34,067 bases of DNA from Candidatus Sungbacteria bacterium RIFCSPHIGHO2_01_FULL_50_25 (lineage in GTDB: Bacteria; Patescibacteriota; Minisyncoccia; Sungbacterales; HO2-52-23): positions 1 to 34,067 of the forward strand of contig MHQD01000032.1 of NCBI GenBank assembly GCA_001822215.1, read 5' to 3'. Under the pieces are notes generated by a model that saw only the letters and a list, made by a program, of their open reading frames with translations, did no database searches and had not been told where the DNA came from. Positions 15,849 to 27,984 of this stretch are shown here, piece after piece. Within the stretch, counting starts at the first letter, position 1. Each line of letters begins with the position of its first letter. Position numbers and translations under genes: made by a program.

Positions 15849-16171
15849 TTTTGAGACAATAGAACTACTGATTATTTTTTCCCTTCACGTAGATAAAGGG
15901 TGAGGTAATCTTTTCGAAACTATGCGGAGACCAAGCGGGCATGTTCCTTATTTCCCATCCTGCTCTCCCACGATAAAGACAGGCAGAGATGCTTCTGCGA
16001 CATTTTGTAGAGCACGCGAGGAAAGCTACTTTTGAAAACATGCGAGACCGAGCGGCCACGGTGTCCCGAGCTTGTCGAGGGACGAGCGAGGTCGAGCTCT
16101 GATGAACAAAATCTCGGTGGGATTTTGTGAAGTTTTTCAAAAGCTGTTTCCGAGCGAGCCGTGTCTCAAAA
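15849..16171. other. Highly base-paired intergenic region (candidate ncRNA or composite palindromic element)
   Basis: TTTTGAGACA / TGTCTCAAAA outer inverted repeat enclosing many stems. Confidence 0.5.
16063..16083. repeat. REP-like palindrome GTCCCGAGCTTGTCGAGGGAC
   Basis: Shares the TCGACAAGCTC core with the reconstructed palindrome at 32831-32877. Confidence 0.65.
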
Positions 16172-16185
16172 GCATTACCGACTGC

Positions 16186-17196
16186 TCATTTTCCCGCCTC
16201 CTCTGCCTTTATCGCCTCCTTTATCTTTTTCATTATCTCATCCCTCGCCTTCGGATTCTCCTTCAAGTAGCTTTTCGCATTATCAAATCCCTGCCCGAGC
16301 TTCACGGAACCGTATGAAAGGCTTGCCCCTGATTTTTTTATGACGTCATATTTCATCCCGAGATTTAACACATCGGCATCATACGAAATTCCTTCGTTAT
16401 AGAAAATGTCGAATTCCGCTGTCTTAAACGGCGCGGCAACCTTGTTTTTCACGACTTTCGCTTTGTGGCGGTTCCCGACGATCTCCTCTCCTTTTTTTAT
16501 CTGGGCGGAGCGCCGCAAATCGATCCGCACCGAAGAATAAAATTTGAGCGCTTTTCCACCGGGCGTTGTCTCGGGGTTCCCCCACACAACGCCAATCTGC
16601 ATCCGAATCTGATTGATGAAAATAATGGCGGTTTTTGACTTCGCGCCGATCGCGGTGAGCTTTCGTAATGCGTGAGACATAAGGCGGGCTTGCAACCCCA
16701 TGTGCTGCTGGCCCATCTCGCCCTCGATCTCCGCCCTGGGGGTGAGCGCCGCGACAGAATCAACGACTATGATGTCTATGGCATTCGACCGGACAAGCGA
16801 CTCCACGATTTCGAGCGCCTGCTCGCCCGTATCGGGCTGGGAAATCAAAAGGTCGTTTATTTTTACGCCGATCCGCTTTGCGTATTCCGGATCAAGCGCA
16901 TGTTCCGCATCGACAAACGCCGCAAGCCCTCCGCGCTTTTGCGCTTCTTTCACGATATGGAGGGCAAGCGTCGTCTTTCCAGACGACTCCGGCCCGAATA
17001 TCTCGACGATGCGGCCCCGAGGTATACCGCCCACGCCCAAGGCGGCGTCCAGAGCAAACGATCCCGTCGGAATAACGTCCACATCAACTTTCGGCGCGTC
17101 CCCGAGCTTCATGATAGCGCCTTCGCCGTATTTATTCTGAATTTCCTTAACCGCCGCCTCAACGAGCTTCACTTTATCAAGTTTATCTTCTTTCAT
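16186..17196 (-). CDS. recA: Recombinase RecA
   Basis: [33 protein letters not shown]. Confidence 0.99.
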   Translation of the reverse strand: MKEDKLDKVKLVEAAVKEIQNKYGEGAIMKLGDAPKVDVDVIPTGSFALDAALGVGGIPRGRIVEIFGPESSGKTTLALHIVKEAQKRGGLAAFVDAEHALDPEYAKRIGVKINDLLISQPDTGEQALEIVESLVRSNAIDIIVVDSVAALTPRAEIEGEMGQQHMGLQARLMSHALRKLTAIGAKSKTAIIFINQIRMQIGVVWGNPETTPGGKALKFYSSVRIDLRRSAQIKKGEEIVGNRHKAKVVKNKVAAPFKTAEFDIFYNEGISYDADVLNLGMKYDVIKKSGASLSYGSVKLGQGFDNAKSYLKENPKARDEIMKKIKEAIKAEEAGK

Positions 17197-17220
17197 TGAA
17201 ATGGCCCTAATGAATAATGA

Positions 17221-17883
17221 TTACTCGACAAGAACATACCTCACGTCGCGCGCAACCTTCCCGAATCGGTTGGTCGCGACAAATTCAAGCGTATTTCGAT
17301 TCGGGCGAAGCTCAATCGCGTCGGAAAAATTGCCCTCGCTATCAATCGTAATTTCGCGGCCGTTTACTGTCAAACTCGATTCCCGCTCAACGCTTCCCTT
17401 TACCTCAAGAAGCCGCCCGGAAAAACGCAAAGACCTCTCCGATGGATATTCGATGGTGAACGGCGGACGGCGGACGAACACCGCCACCCGGAATCCGATG
17501 TATATGAAAAGCCCAAGAAGGATGATGCTCGCAAGAATAACCCAGAAACGCCTCGGCGTCACAAACGGCTGCGCGCCCCTATTCTCGGGAAGCGGCGTAA
17601 GCTCCCTCTTTACATGAAAGTAGCGGACATCCCATTCAGTGGAAAACTCATTCAGCATCCCTTCGATATCCTCACAGGAAAGAAGTGCTGCGTACTTTTT
17701 TAAGACGCCGGCCGCATACACTTTGGCCGGAAAATGGTCGTACGTGTCAGCTTCGAGCGCTTCCAGAGTAGCCACCGGCACATGGAGTAAAGCAGACACT
17801 TTTTCAAGCGTCAATTGCGCGCGCCCGCGCTCTTCCCTGAGTTTTCTTCCAACCGATATCGCATCCCGTTGATCAGTTTGCAT
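17221..17883 (-). CDS. RodZ-like HTH membrane protein with C-terminal Ig-like beta domain
   Basis: N-terminal XRE HTH (GRKLREER..LEALE..YAAGVLKKYA), single TM, beta-rich C-terminus; downstream of ftsK. Confidence 0.85.
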   Translation of the reverse strand: MQTDQRDAISVGRKLREERGRAQLTLEKVSALLHVPVATLEALEADTYDHFPAKVYAAGVLKKYAALLSCEDIEGMLNEFSTEWDVRYFHVKRELTPLPENRGAQPFVTPRRFWVILASIILLGLFIYIGFRVAVFVRRPPFTIEYPSERSLRFSGRLLEVKGSVERESSLTVNGREITIDSEGNFSDAIELRPNRNTLEFVATNRFGKVARDVRYVLVE

Positions 17884-17892
17884 AAGAAAAAA

Positions 17893-20085
17893 TTATATTT
17901 GGCCCGCATCCTCCTCGTCTTCAAAACCCGCCGGCGGGGCGACTGATTTCGCAAAAACCTCGCGCGGTTTTGCGCCGTCAGCCGGGCCGATGATGCCGCG
18001 CGCCTCCAAAAGATCGAGAAGCCGCGCCGCGCGCGCATACCCGACGCGGAGGCGCCTTTGCAAATACGAAGCTGAGAGCTTCCCGGCGGCAATCGCAAGT
18101 TTCTCCGCTTCACCAAGAAGAAGGTCATCATCTCCGACGTCGCCGTCAAACCCTGCGGACACCTCTTCGGTTTTTGCGTCAAAGATCGCCTCTTCATACG
18201 TAGGCGCCTCAAGTTCCTGGCGCAGGAAATCAACAACGCGCTTCACCTCGTGTTCCGAGATAAAACCGCCCTGGATACGCCTCGGTTTTGCGGTGTCCCC
18301 GGACATGAACAGAAGGTCTCCGTTTCCGAGAAGCGTTTCCGCACCAGCCATATCAAGAATCGTCCTCGAATCAACCTGTGAGGCAACCTGAAGGGCAATA
18401 CGGGACGTAATATTTGCCTTGATAAGGCCGGTAATCACTTCAACAGACGGGCGCTGGGTGGATACGATCAAATGGATTCCTACCGCGCGCGCCATCTGCG
18501 CGAGCCGTACAATCGCGGCCTCCATTTCCCGAGGGTAGATCGCCATCAAATCCGCGAGTTCATCAATGAGGATTACGATATAGGGAAGCGTTTCTTCCTC
18601 TTCGCTTTTTCCGAGCGATGAGTTATACCCCACCACATCCCGCGATCCCATCCGCGAAAGAAGATCATAGCGCCTGTCCATCTCGCGCGCCGCCCAGCGA
18701 AGCGCCTGGATCGCCTTTTTCGGGTCTGTGATGACAGGAGTGAGAAGATGCGGAATATCATTATACGCGGGCAATTCAACGCGTTTCGGATCAATCAGAA
18801 CGAACCGGAGAAAATCAGGGGCGTTGCGGTAGAGAAGCGATACGATGATCGAATGAATCGTGACCGATTTTCCAGAGCCCGTTGCTCCGCTTATGAGCAA
18901 ATGTGGCATCTTTGAAAGATCGGCGTATACCGGAGAGCCGGTCACGTCGCGGCCGACCGCAAAAAGAAGTGGTTGCAACGCGCGGTCGAACGCGTCTGTG
19001 CCCAAAAGCGCGCGAAGTCCGACAAGCGCGATTGACCTATTTGGCACTTCGATCCCGACAAGCGATTTCCCCGGAATCGGCGCCTCAATCCGGATCGGAT
19101 GCGCGGCAAGCGCAAGCGAAAGGTCCGACCGAAGCGCGACTATCCTCGAAAGCTTTACCCCTTCTGCGGGCTTTAGCGTGTATTGGGTCACGGTCGGGCC
19201 GACTGATACCTCTGCCATTTCGACTTCAACACCGAAATTTTCAAGCGTACGTTTGATGATATTGGCATTTGCCCGGATGTCGCCCGAAGACGGCTTTCCT
19301 TTATCCTCCTGCAGCAATTCAAGTGGCGGCTTTTTGTACGCCGCAATCTTTCGAGCGATTTTCCGAAGCGCGATCACAGATCCGTTCAAATCGTCTACCT
19401 TCGTCGCTGTGGAGGGCTCACTTTCCGTAAAAGCCCCTCCGGCGGCGATTTTTGCGCTTTCTCCCGCCTCGCGAGCCTTCTGGACAGCTCCCTGTATCGT
19501 TGAATTGATGCTTCCAATAACCGACTGGGTGAGGGAAAGATCAGACCCATTGCCTCCTTTTTCTGTATCCTCCGACGCTTGAGAAAATCTTTGCCAAAAC
19601 GGAATATTCAAAAGAAGCAAAAAAGCGATGATCCACACGCCAAACGTGATGATAAACCCTCCCCAAAAATCAAAGAGCCGTAAAAGCGGGCTTGAAACAA
19701 GCGTGCCCAATGCACCGCCGGTCCCGACGCCGAGAAAAATATCGAGAAGCGCAAGACTCGTTATTAAAAAAAGCACTCCGCCGAGGATCGAAATCTTGAG
19801 CACCCGTGTCCGCTCGGAAAAGAGGAACGAAAACCCGAGCACGACTAAAACAACTGGAGCGAAAAAATACCCGCTCCCCAAAAGGAACGCAAGTCCGAGA
19901 TAGAGATAGGATCCGAGCGCTCCGCTCTTCCCGATATAGCTCAACACAAAAAGCGCGGCGAGAATAAAAACGCCGATTGCGGAAATAACACGCTTGATAT
20001 CCGGGTGAACGTCAAACCAGGAACCCTCGGCCTCGCCTTCACGCTTCGTCTCCCTCTTCCCGTTTTTACTGATTTTGCGCGCCAT
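17893..20085 (-). CDS. ftsK: DNA translocase FtsK/SpoIIIE
   Basis: N-terminal TMs, GATGSGKS, IDPKRVEL, DELADLM, TQRPS, gamma domain QRRLRVGYARAAR. ATG 20085 preferred (TATAAT 7 nt upstream). Confidence 0.96.
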   Translation of the reverse strand: MARKISKNGKRETKREGEAEGSWFDVHPDIKRVISAIGVFILAALFVLSYIGKSGALGSYLYLGLAFLLGSGYFFAPVVLVVLGFSFLFSERTRVLKISILGGVLFLITSLALLDIFLGVGTGGALGTLVSSPLLRLFDFWGGFIITFGVWIIAFLLLLNIPFWQRFSQASEDTEKGGNGSDLSLTQSVIGSINSTIQGAVQKAREAGESAKIAAGGAFTESEPSTATKVDDLNGSVIALRKIARKIAAYKKPPLELLQEDKGKPSSGDIRANANIIKRTLENFGVEVEMAEVSVGPTVTQYTLKPAEGVKLSRIVALRSDLSLALAAHPIRIEAPIPGKSLVGIEVPNRSIALVGLRALLGTDAFDRALQPLLFAVGRDVTGSPVYADLSKMPHLLISGATGSGKSVTIHSIIVSLLYRNAPDFLRFVLIDPKRVELPAYNDIPHLLTPVITDPKKAIQALRWAAREMDRRYDLLSRMGSRDVVGYNSSLGKSEEEETLPYIVILIDELADLMAIYPREMEAAIVRLAQMARAVGIHLIVSTQRPSVEVITGLIKANITSRIALQVASQVDSRTILDMAGAETLLGNGDLLFMSGDTAKPRRIQGGFISEHEVKRVVDFLRQELEAPTYEEAIFDAKTEEVSAGFDGDVGDDDLLLGEAEKLAIAAGKLSASYLQRRLRVGYARAARLLDLLEARGIIGPADGAKPREVFAKSVAPPAGFEDEEDAGQI

Positions 20086-20125
20086 ATATGTAATTATAAT
20101 AGTAACATTTTCTCGAAAATACAAC

Positions 20126-20150
20126 AAAAAAACAGCACCGGCACGGTGCT
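20126..20150 (-). terminator. rpoBC terminator
   Basis: AGCACCG/CGGTGCT stem followed by GTTTTTTT on the minus strand. Confidence 0.75.
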
Positions 20151-20178
20151 ATTTTCAAGCCAAATGACCCGCTATACC

Positions 20179-23100
20179 CTATGGTATTTTTCGATACCCT
20201 GTTCCCGCAGGGATGAGACGGCCGATAATGACATTTTCTTTAAGACCCCGGAGATCGTCCGTTTTTCCGCGAACCGCCGCGTCAACCAAGACGCGAGTCG
20301 TTTCCTGGAAAGAAGCCGCGGACAAGAAGCTCGAGGTCGAAAGCGCAACCCGGGTAATCCCTAAGAGAAGCTGGGTCGCTTTCGCCGGCCGCTTCCCTTT
20401 GCGGACCGCCGCAATATTTACCGTTCGGAAATCGCGCTTTTCAACGACCTCACCCGGAGTAAAATCGGTATCGCCCCCGTCCTTGATGCGAATCCGGGAA
20501 AACATCTGTCTCACGATGACTTCAACGTGCTTGTCATGAATCGGCGCGCCCTGCATGGAATAAATTTTTTGGATTTCTTTGATAACGTAGCGTTCAACCG
20601 CCTCCTTCCCCGCGTATTTGAAAAGCTCTTTCAAATCCGCGTGCCCCTCCGAAAGAATATCCCCGCGCTTCACCTTTGAACCGACCGCGACAAACATGCC
20701 TGTCGAGGGAGGAATACGAAATTCCTTTATTTCGTCTTGGGCGGAATTTTTCTTTTTTCCTTTTTTCAGCGGCGCGCCCTCATCGGAATACTCAACCGCG
20801 ATTCGAACAATTTTCTCGCGGCCCGCATCTGCAATCTCAATGACTTCTCCCGACACATCCGCAAGAATCGCCCTGCCTTTCGGGGGCCGCACTTCAAACA
20901 CCTCCTCAACCCGAGGAAGACCGGTTGTAATGTCCCCGCCTCCGGCAACGCCTCCGATATGAAATGTGCGCATGGTAAGCTGGGTGCCGGGCTCGCCGAT
21001 TGCTTGCGCCGCGACGATGCCGACCGCCTCTCCGAACCGAATCGGCGAGTTATTCCCCAAGTCGTATCCGTAACAAGATTGGCAAATCCCGACAATGCTT
21101 CGGCACGTAATGGGCGAACGCACCACAACGCTTTCAATCTTTTTTTCGTCGAACATCTTTCCTTTTTCCTGATCAATATAGCTTCCTGCGGACATAAGCA
21201 TTTTTCCGCTCTCCGGGTCTTTCACTGCTTCAAAAAGCATCCGGCCGAATGCGCGCGCACCCAAGGGCTTATTGATTTCTTCCGAATCCGATCGAAAAAT
21301 TTCCAGACCCTGCTTCGGTTTGCAGTCTCTTTCGGAAACGATCAAGTCCTGCGCAACATCGACAAGCCGACGCGTCAGATACCCGGCGGCAGACGTTTTC
21401 AGCGCGGTGTCCGCGGTCCCTTTTCGCGCGCCGTGCGTCGAAATGAAATATTCAAGCACGTTCAACCCTTCTTTGTAGGATGAAATAACGGGAAGCTCGA
21501 TAATCTTTCCTGCCGGGTTCACCACGAGTCCTTTCATGCCGGACATTTGCCGAATCTGAATCCACGAGCCGCGCGCTTTCCCGTCAACCATGGAAAAAAT
21601 CGGGCCGACCGGATCGAGTGCCCCCGGAACAAGCTTTGTCAATTGATCAACAACCCGCTTCCATATTTCAAGAACGCGATCGTAGCGCTCTTTTTCGGTC
21701 AGGAGCCCGCGGCGAAACTGCTCGATGACAAGAACCTCTTCTTTTTCAGCCGCTTTAATAATTTCTTTTTTCTCCGGGGGAATACGCAAATCATCCATTC
21801 CCCATGAAATGCCGGATTTCGTCGCATAGGTAAAACCGAATTTCTTGATATTGTCGAGAATCGGCGGAGTCCCCTCAACACCGTGAACCTTAATAAGATG
21901 CGCGACAATATCCCCCAGGTCTCTCTTTTTCACTTGCTTATTTACGTACAGAATTTCTTTGGGAAGAGCGCGGTTAAACAAGATTCTGCCGACCGATGTT
22001 TCAACAATCTCCGTGTCTTTCTCATCAGGCGCGACAACGACTCCCGTGATTCGTTCCTTTTGCATGCGGACCATTATCTTCGCCTGAAGGTCAACCGCTC
22101 CGGAATCATGGGCGAATATCGCCTCGTCCTCTGAACCGAAAAATTTCCCGTGGCCGAGAAGTCCATCGTGCACTGACGTTGCCCAATAGCATCCGAGAAC
22201 AATGTCCTGGGTCGGATCAACGATCGGATCTCCGGTCGCGGGCTTCAGAAGATTGCGCGTCGAAAGCATAATATCCCGGGCCTCGGCCTGCGCTTCATCC
22301 GTAAGCGGCAAGTGGACAGCCATCTGGTCACCGTCAAAATCAGCGTTAAACGCGGGACACACCAACGGATGCACCTGAATCGCGTCCCCTTCTATCAGGA
22401 TCGGCTGAAACGCCTGTATGCCAAGCCGGTGGAGCGTGGGGGCTCGATTCAAAAGAACATAACGGCCTTCGATGACCTCTTCAAGCGCCTCCCACACGAA
22501 CGGGTCATGATCTTCAATGAGGCGGCCCGCGCCGCGAACGTTATGGGCGATCTCTTTTTCGATGAGCTTTCGTATGACAAACGGCTTGAAAAGCTCGAGC
22601 GCCATTTTTTTCGGAATCCCGCACTGGTGAAGATGAAGATCGGGACCCACGACAATAACAGAGCGTCCGGAATAATCAACGCGCTTCCCAAGAAGATTCT
22701 GGCGAAATCGGCCCTGTTTGCCCTTGATGATATCGGCAAGGGATTTCAACGGACGGCGCTGGACTTGCGATGCGACCGGGGAGGCTGTTCCGCGCCTGAT
22801 CGAATTATCGATAAGCGCGTCAACCGCTTCCTGGAGCATGCGTTTTTCATTTCGCGTAATGACTTCGGGCGCGTTCAATTCGTGGAGCCGCTTCAGACGA
22901 TTATTGCGATTGATTACGCGCCGGTATAAATCATTCAGGTCTGAAGTCGCATACCTGCCGCCGTCAAGCTGCACCATCGGGCGAAGATCCGGAGGAATAA
23001 TCGGGATCATGGTTAAAAACATCCATTCAGGGCGGATACCCGACCGAATCATCCCCTTGATCACCTGGAGCCGGCGAAGGGTCTTTCGCTGGACCATGGG

Positions 23101-23823
23101 CGACTGCTTCGGCAAATCCTCTTCAAGCTCCTTTTGGAGCGTAGGCAGATGAATGCCCTCAAGAATTTTTCTGATTGACTCCGCGCCGATTGAGGCCTCA
23201 AATACTTCTCCGAACTTTCTCGAAAGGCGGTGATACTCAACCTCCGAGAGCACCTCGTGAAGCTGGATGTTTTTGAGGTCGTCTTTTGCCTTTTCCTTCG
23301 CATCGCGGATGTCCGATGTCTCCTCTTTCTCAAGCTTTTTCGTCTTTGTTTTATACTCGCGCTCAATCTCTTCAAGAATGCGCTTCCGCGCATCTTCATC
23401 GACTTTCGTGATGATGTATCCCGCAAAATAGATCACCTTCTCAAGCGCGCTCACGGAAATATCAAGCAACAGCCCGACTTTTGAAGGAATACCCCTCAAA
23501 AACCAGACATGAGAAACCGGCGTCGCAAGTTTTATATGCCCCATGCGCTCCCGGCGCACGATTGCGCGCGTCACTTCGACTCCGCACTTGTCACACACGA
23601 TTCCCTTGTAGCGGATCCGGCGATACTTCCCGCAATAGCATTCCCAATCCTTGACCGGACCGAATATCCGCTCGTCGAAAAGGCCGTCCCGCTCTGGCTT
23701 TGCGGTCCGGTAGTTGATTGTCTCGGGCTTTGTCACCTCGCCGAATGACCACGTCAAAATATCCTCCGGCGAAGCGAGACGGAGCGAAATTGCTTTAAAA
23801 TCGCGAAATGATGTTTCCTGCAT
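20179..23823 (-). CDS. rpoC: RNA polymerase beta' subunit
   Basis: NADFDGD catalytic motif, N-terminal Zn ribbon, GEPGTQLTMRTFH. Confidence 0.99.
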   Translation of the reverse strand: MQETSFRDFKAISLRLASPEDILTWSFGEVTKPETINYRTAKPERDGLFDERIFGPVKDWECYCGKYRRIRYKGIVCDKCGVEVTRAIVRRERMGHIKLATPVSHVWFLRGIPSKVGLLLDISVSALEKVIYFAGYIITKVDEDARKRILEEIEREYKTKTKKLEKEETSDIRDAKEKAKDDLKNIQLHEVLSEVEYHRLSRKFGEVFEASIGAESIRKILEGIHLPTLQKELEEDLPKQSPMVQRKTLRRLQVIKGMIRSGIRPEWMFLTMIPIIPPDLRPMVQLDGGRYATSDLNDLYRRVINRNNRLKRLHELNAPEVITRNEKRMLQEAVDALIDNSIRRGTASPVASQVQRRPLKSLADIIKGKQGRFRQNLLGKRVDYSGRSVIVVGPDLHLHQCGIPKKMALELFKPFVIRKLIEKEIAHNVRGAGRLIEDHDPFVWEALEEVIEGRYVLLNRAPTLHRLGIQAFQPILIEGDAIQVHPLVCPAFNADFDGDQMAVHLPLTDEAQAEARDIMLSTRNLLKPATGDPIVDPTQDIVLGCYWATSVHDGLLGHGKFFGSEDEAIFAHDSGAVDLQAKIMVRMQKERITGVVVAPDEKDTEIVETSVGRILFNRALPKEILYVNKQVKKRDLGDIVAHLIKVHGVEGTPPILDNIKKFGFTYATKSGISWGMDDLRIPPEKKEIIKAAEKEEVLVIEQFRRGLLTEKERYDRVLEIWKRVVDQLTKLVPGALDPVGPIFSMVDGKARGSWIQIRQMSGMKGLVVNPAGKIIELPVISSYKEGLNVLEYFISTHGARKGTADTALKTSAAGYLTRRLVDVAQDLIVSERDCKPKQGLEIFRSDSEEINKPLGARAFGRMLFEAVKDPESGKMLMSAGSYIDQEKGKMFDEKKIESVVVRSPITCRSIVGICQSCYGYDLGNNSPIRFGEAVGIVAAQAIGEPGTQLTMRTFHIGGVAGGGDITTGLPRVEEVFEVRPPKGRAILADVSGEVIEIADAGREKIVRIAVEYSDEGAPLKKGKKKNSAQDEIKEFRIPPSTGMFVAVGSKVKRGDILSEGHADLKELFKYAGKEAVERYVIKEIQKIYSMQGAPIHDKHVEVIVRQMFSRIRIKDGGDTDFTPGEVVEKRDFRTVNIAAVRKGKRPAKATQLLLGITRVALSTSSFLSAASFQETTRVLVDAAVRGKTDDLRGLKENVIIGRLIPAGTGYRKIP

Positions 23824-23833
23824 AACGGATGTT

Positions 23834-27067
<3,234 letters not shown>

Positions 27068-27268
27068 AAAATGGTTACAAATGAGTTATGTAAAGAAAGA
27101 GTATGGAAATCCTAAAATCAAAAAAATAAACACGCCCTAAAATAACCTCCTCAATTAGGGATGCTCAATCAAATTTGCGATAACTAACTATAGTCGCAAA
27201 TAGTGGTAGAAATTATTTTGATGTAATCAGCCGAAACACCCGTTACCTCCCCATTCAGTATTGTTTCA

Positions 27269-27297
27269 AGTATACGCGCATACGAAAAAATAGTCAA
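27269..27297 (-). promoter_or_regulatory. Sigma70 promoter for rpoBC
   Basis: TTGACT-17 bp-TATACT on the minus strand. Confidence 0.75.
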
Positions 27298-27311
27298 GTG
27301 CTCACGCGCAC

Positions 27312-27340
27312 TTGCCTTAAAAGCTCATATCTGCTATGAT
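27312..27340 (+). promoter_or_regulatory. Sigma70 promoter with extended -10
   Basis: TTGCCT-17 bp-TATGAT with TGn. Confidence 0.65.
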
Positions 27341-27352
27341 CTTTGTATTGCC

Positions 27353-27688
27353 ATGATAGGCCTTGGGACGAAATTCATCATAAAAGTCCTTCTAAACGGC
27401 CTTGGGTTATACCTCGCGAATTCCTATATACCGGGCTTTACTATGGAGGGAGGCGCTAAAACCCTCCTTATAAGCGCCGTTTTACTCGCGCTCCTCTATA
27501 CACTTATACGGCCGCTCATACGGCTTCTCTCTGCTCCCCTTGTCTGGATTACCTTTGGCCTCTTCAATATCGCAATCAATATCGCGCTTCTCTGGACAGC
27601 AGACATCCTCCTCGCCGAAATCTCATTTGACTCCATAAAAACACTTTTTTATATCTCTTTTATAATCGCAGTTGCAAATATATTTTAA
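27353..27688 (+). CDS. 4-TM phage-holin-family (YvlD-like) membrane protein
   Basis: Four hydrophobic helices; IRPLIRLLSAPL..ITFGLF..INIALL pattern. Confidence 0.85.
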   Translation: MIGLGTKFIIKVLLNGLGLYLANSYIPGFTMEGGAKTLLISAVLLALLYTLIRPLIRLLSAPLVWITFGLFNIAINIALLWTADILLAEISFDSIKTLFYISFIIAVANIF

Positions 27689-27747
27689 CGCGGCAGAATG
27701 CGCATCGATCGCTTTCGTAATGCGCCCATATGCATAATTGATGAGAT

Positions 27748-27966
27748 ATGAATGACTTGATATTCCAAATAGTTCAAATTGTCGCGGCGGTTGTCCTTAT
27801 CGCAACCATCCTCCTGCAGCAGCGGGGCGGCGGTCTTTCGCCGGTGTTTGGCGGCGAGGGAGGATTTTATCGCACGCGACGGGGAATTGAAAAAACAATT
27901 TTTATCACATCCATCATATCTGCCGCTATTTTTTTTCTTGCCGCAATTCTCAATCTTGTATTCTAA
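27748..27966 (+). CDS. secG: Preprotein translocase subunit SecG
   Basis: ILLQQRGGGLS..FGG..RRGIEK, two TMs. Confidence 0.93.
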   Translation: MNDLIFQIVQIVAAVVLIATILLQQRGGGLSPVFGGEGGFYRTRRGIEKTIFITSIISAAIFFLAAILNLVF

Positions 27967-27984
27967 TCGATTTGCGGCTTCGCC

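Noticed and set aside
16018..16125. GAGGAAAG and ACAAAA motifs suggesting RNase P RNA
   Set aside because: GAGGAAAGTCC and the 3' CGGCTTA P4 partner are absent, and the spacing is too short.
16151..16188. GAGCCGTG resembling group II intron domain V
   Set aside because: The 3' half does not form the domain V stem, and there is no RT ORF or domain VI.
4611..20127. ORF-track upstream starts for cysS (4611), DUF5317-like (14487) and ftsK (20127)
   Set aside because: They overlap neighbouring genes, promoters or terminators; downstream ATGs fit family N-termini and promoter/RBS positions better.
27353..27688. Holin-like gene as evidence of a prophage
   Set aside because: This 4-TM family is common in chromosomal contexts and no phage genes are nearby.
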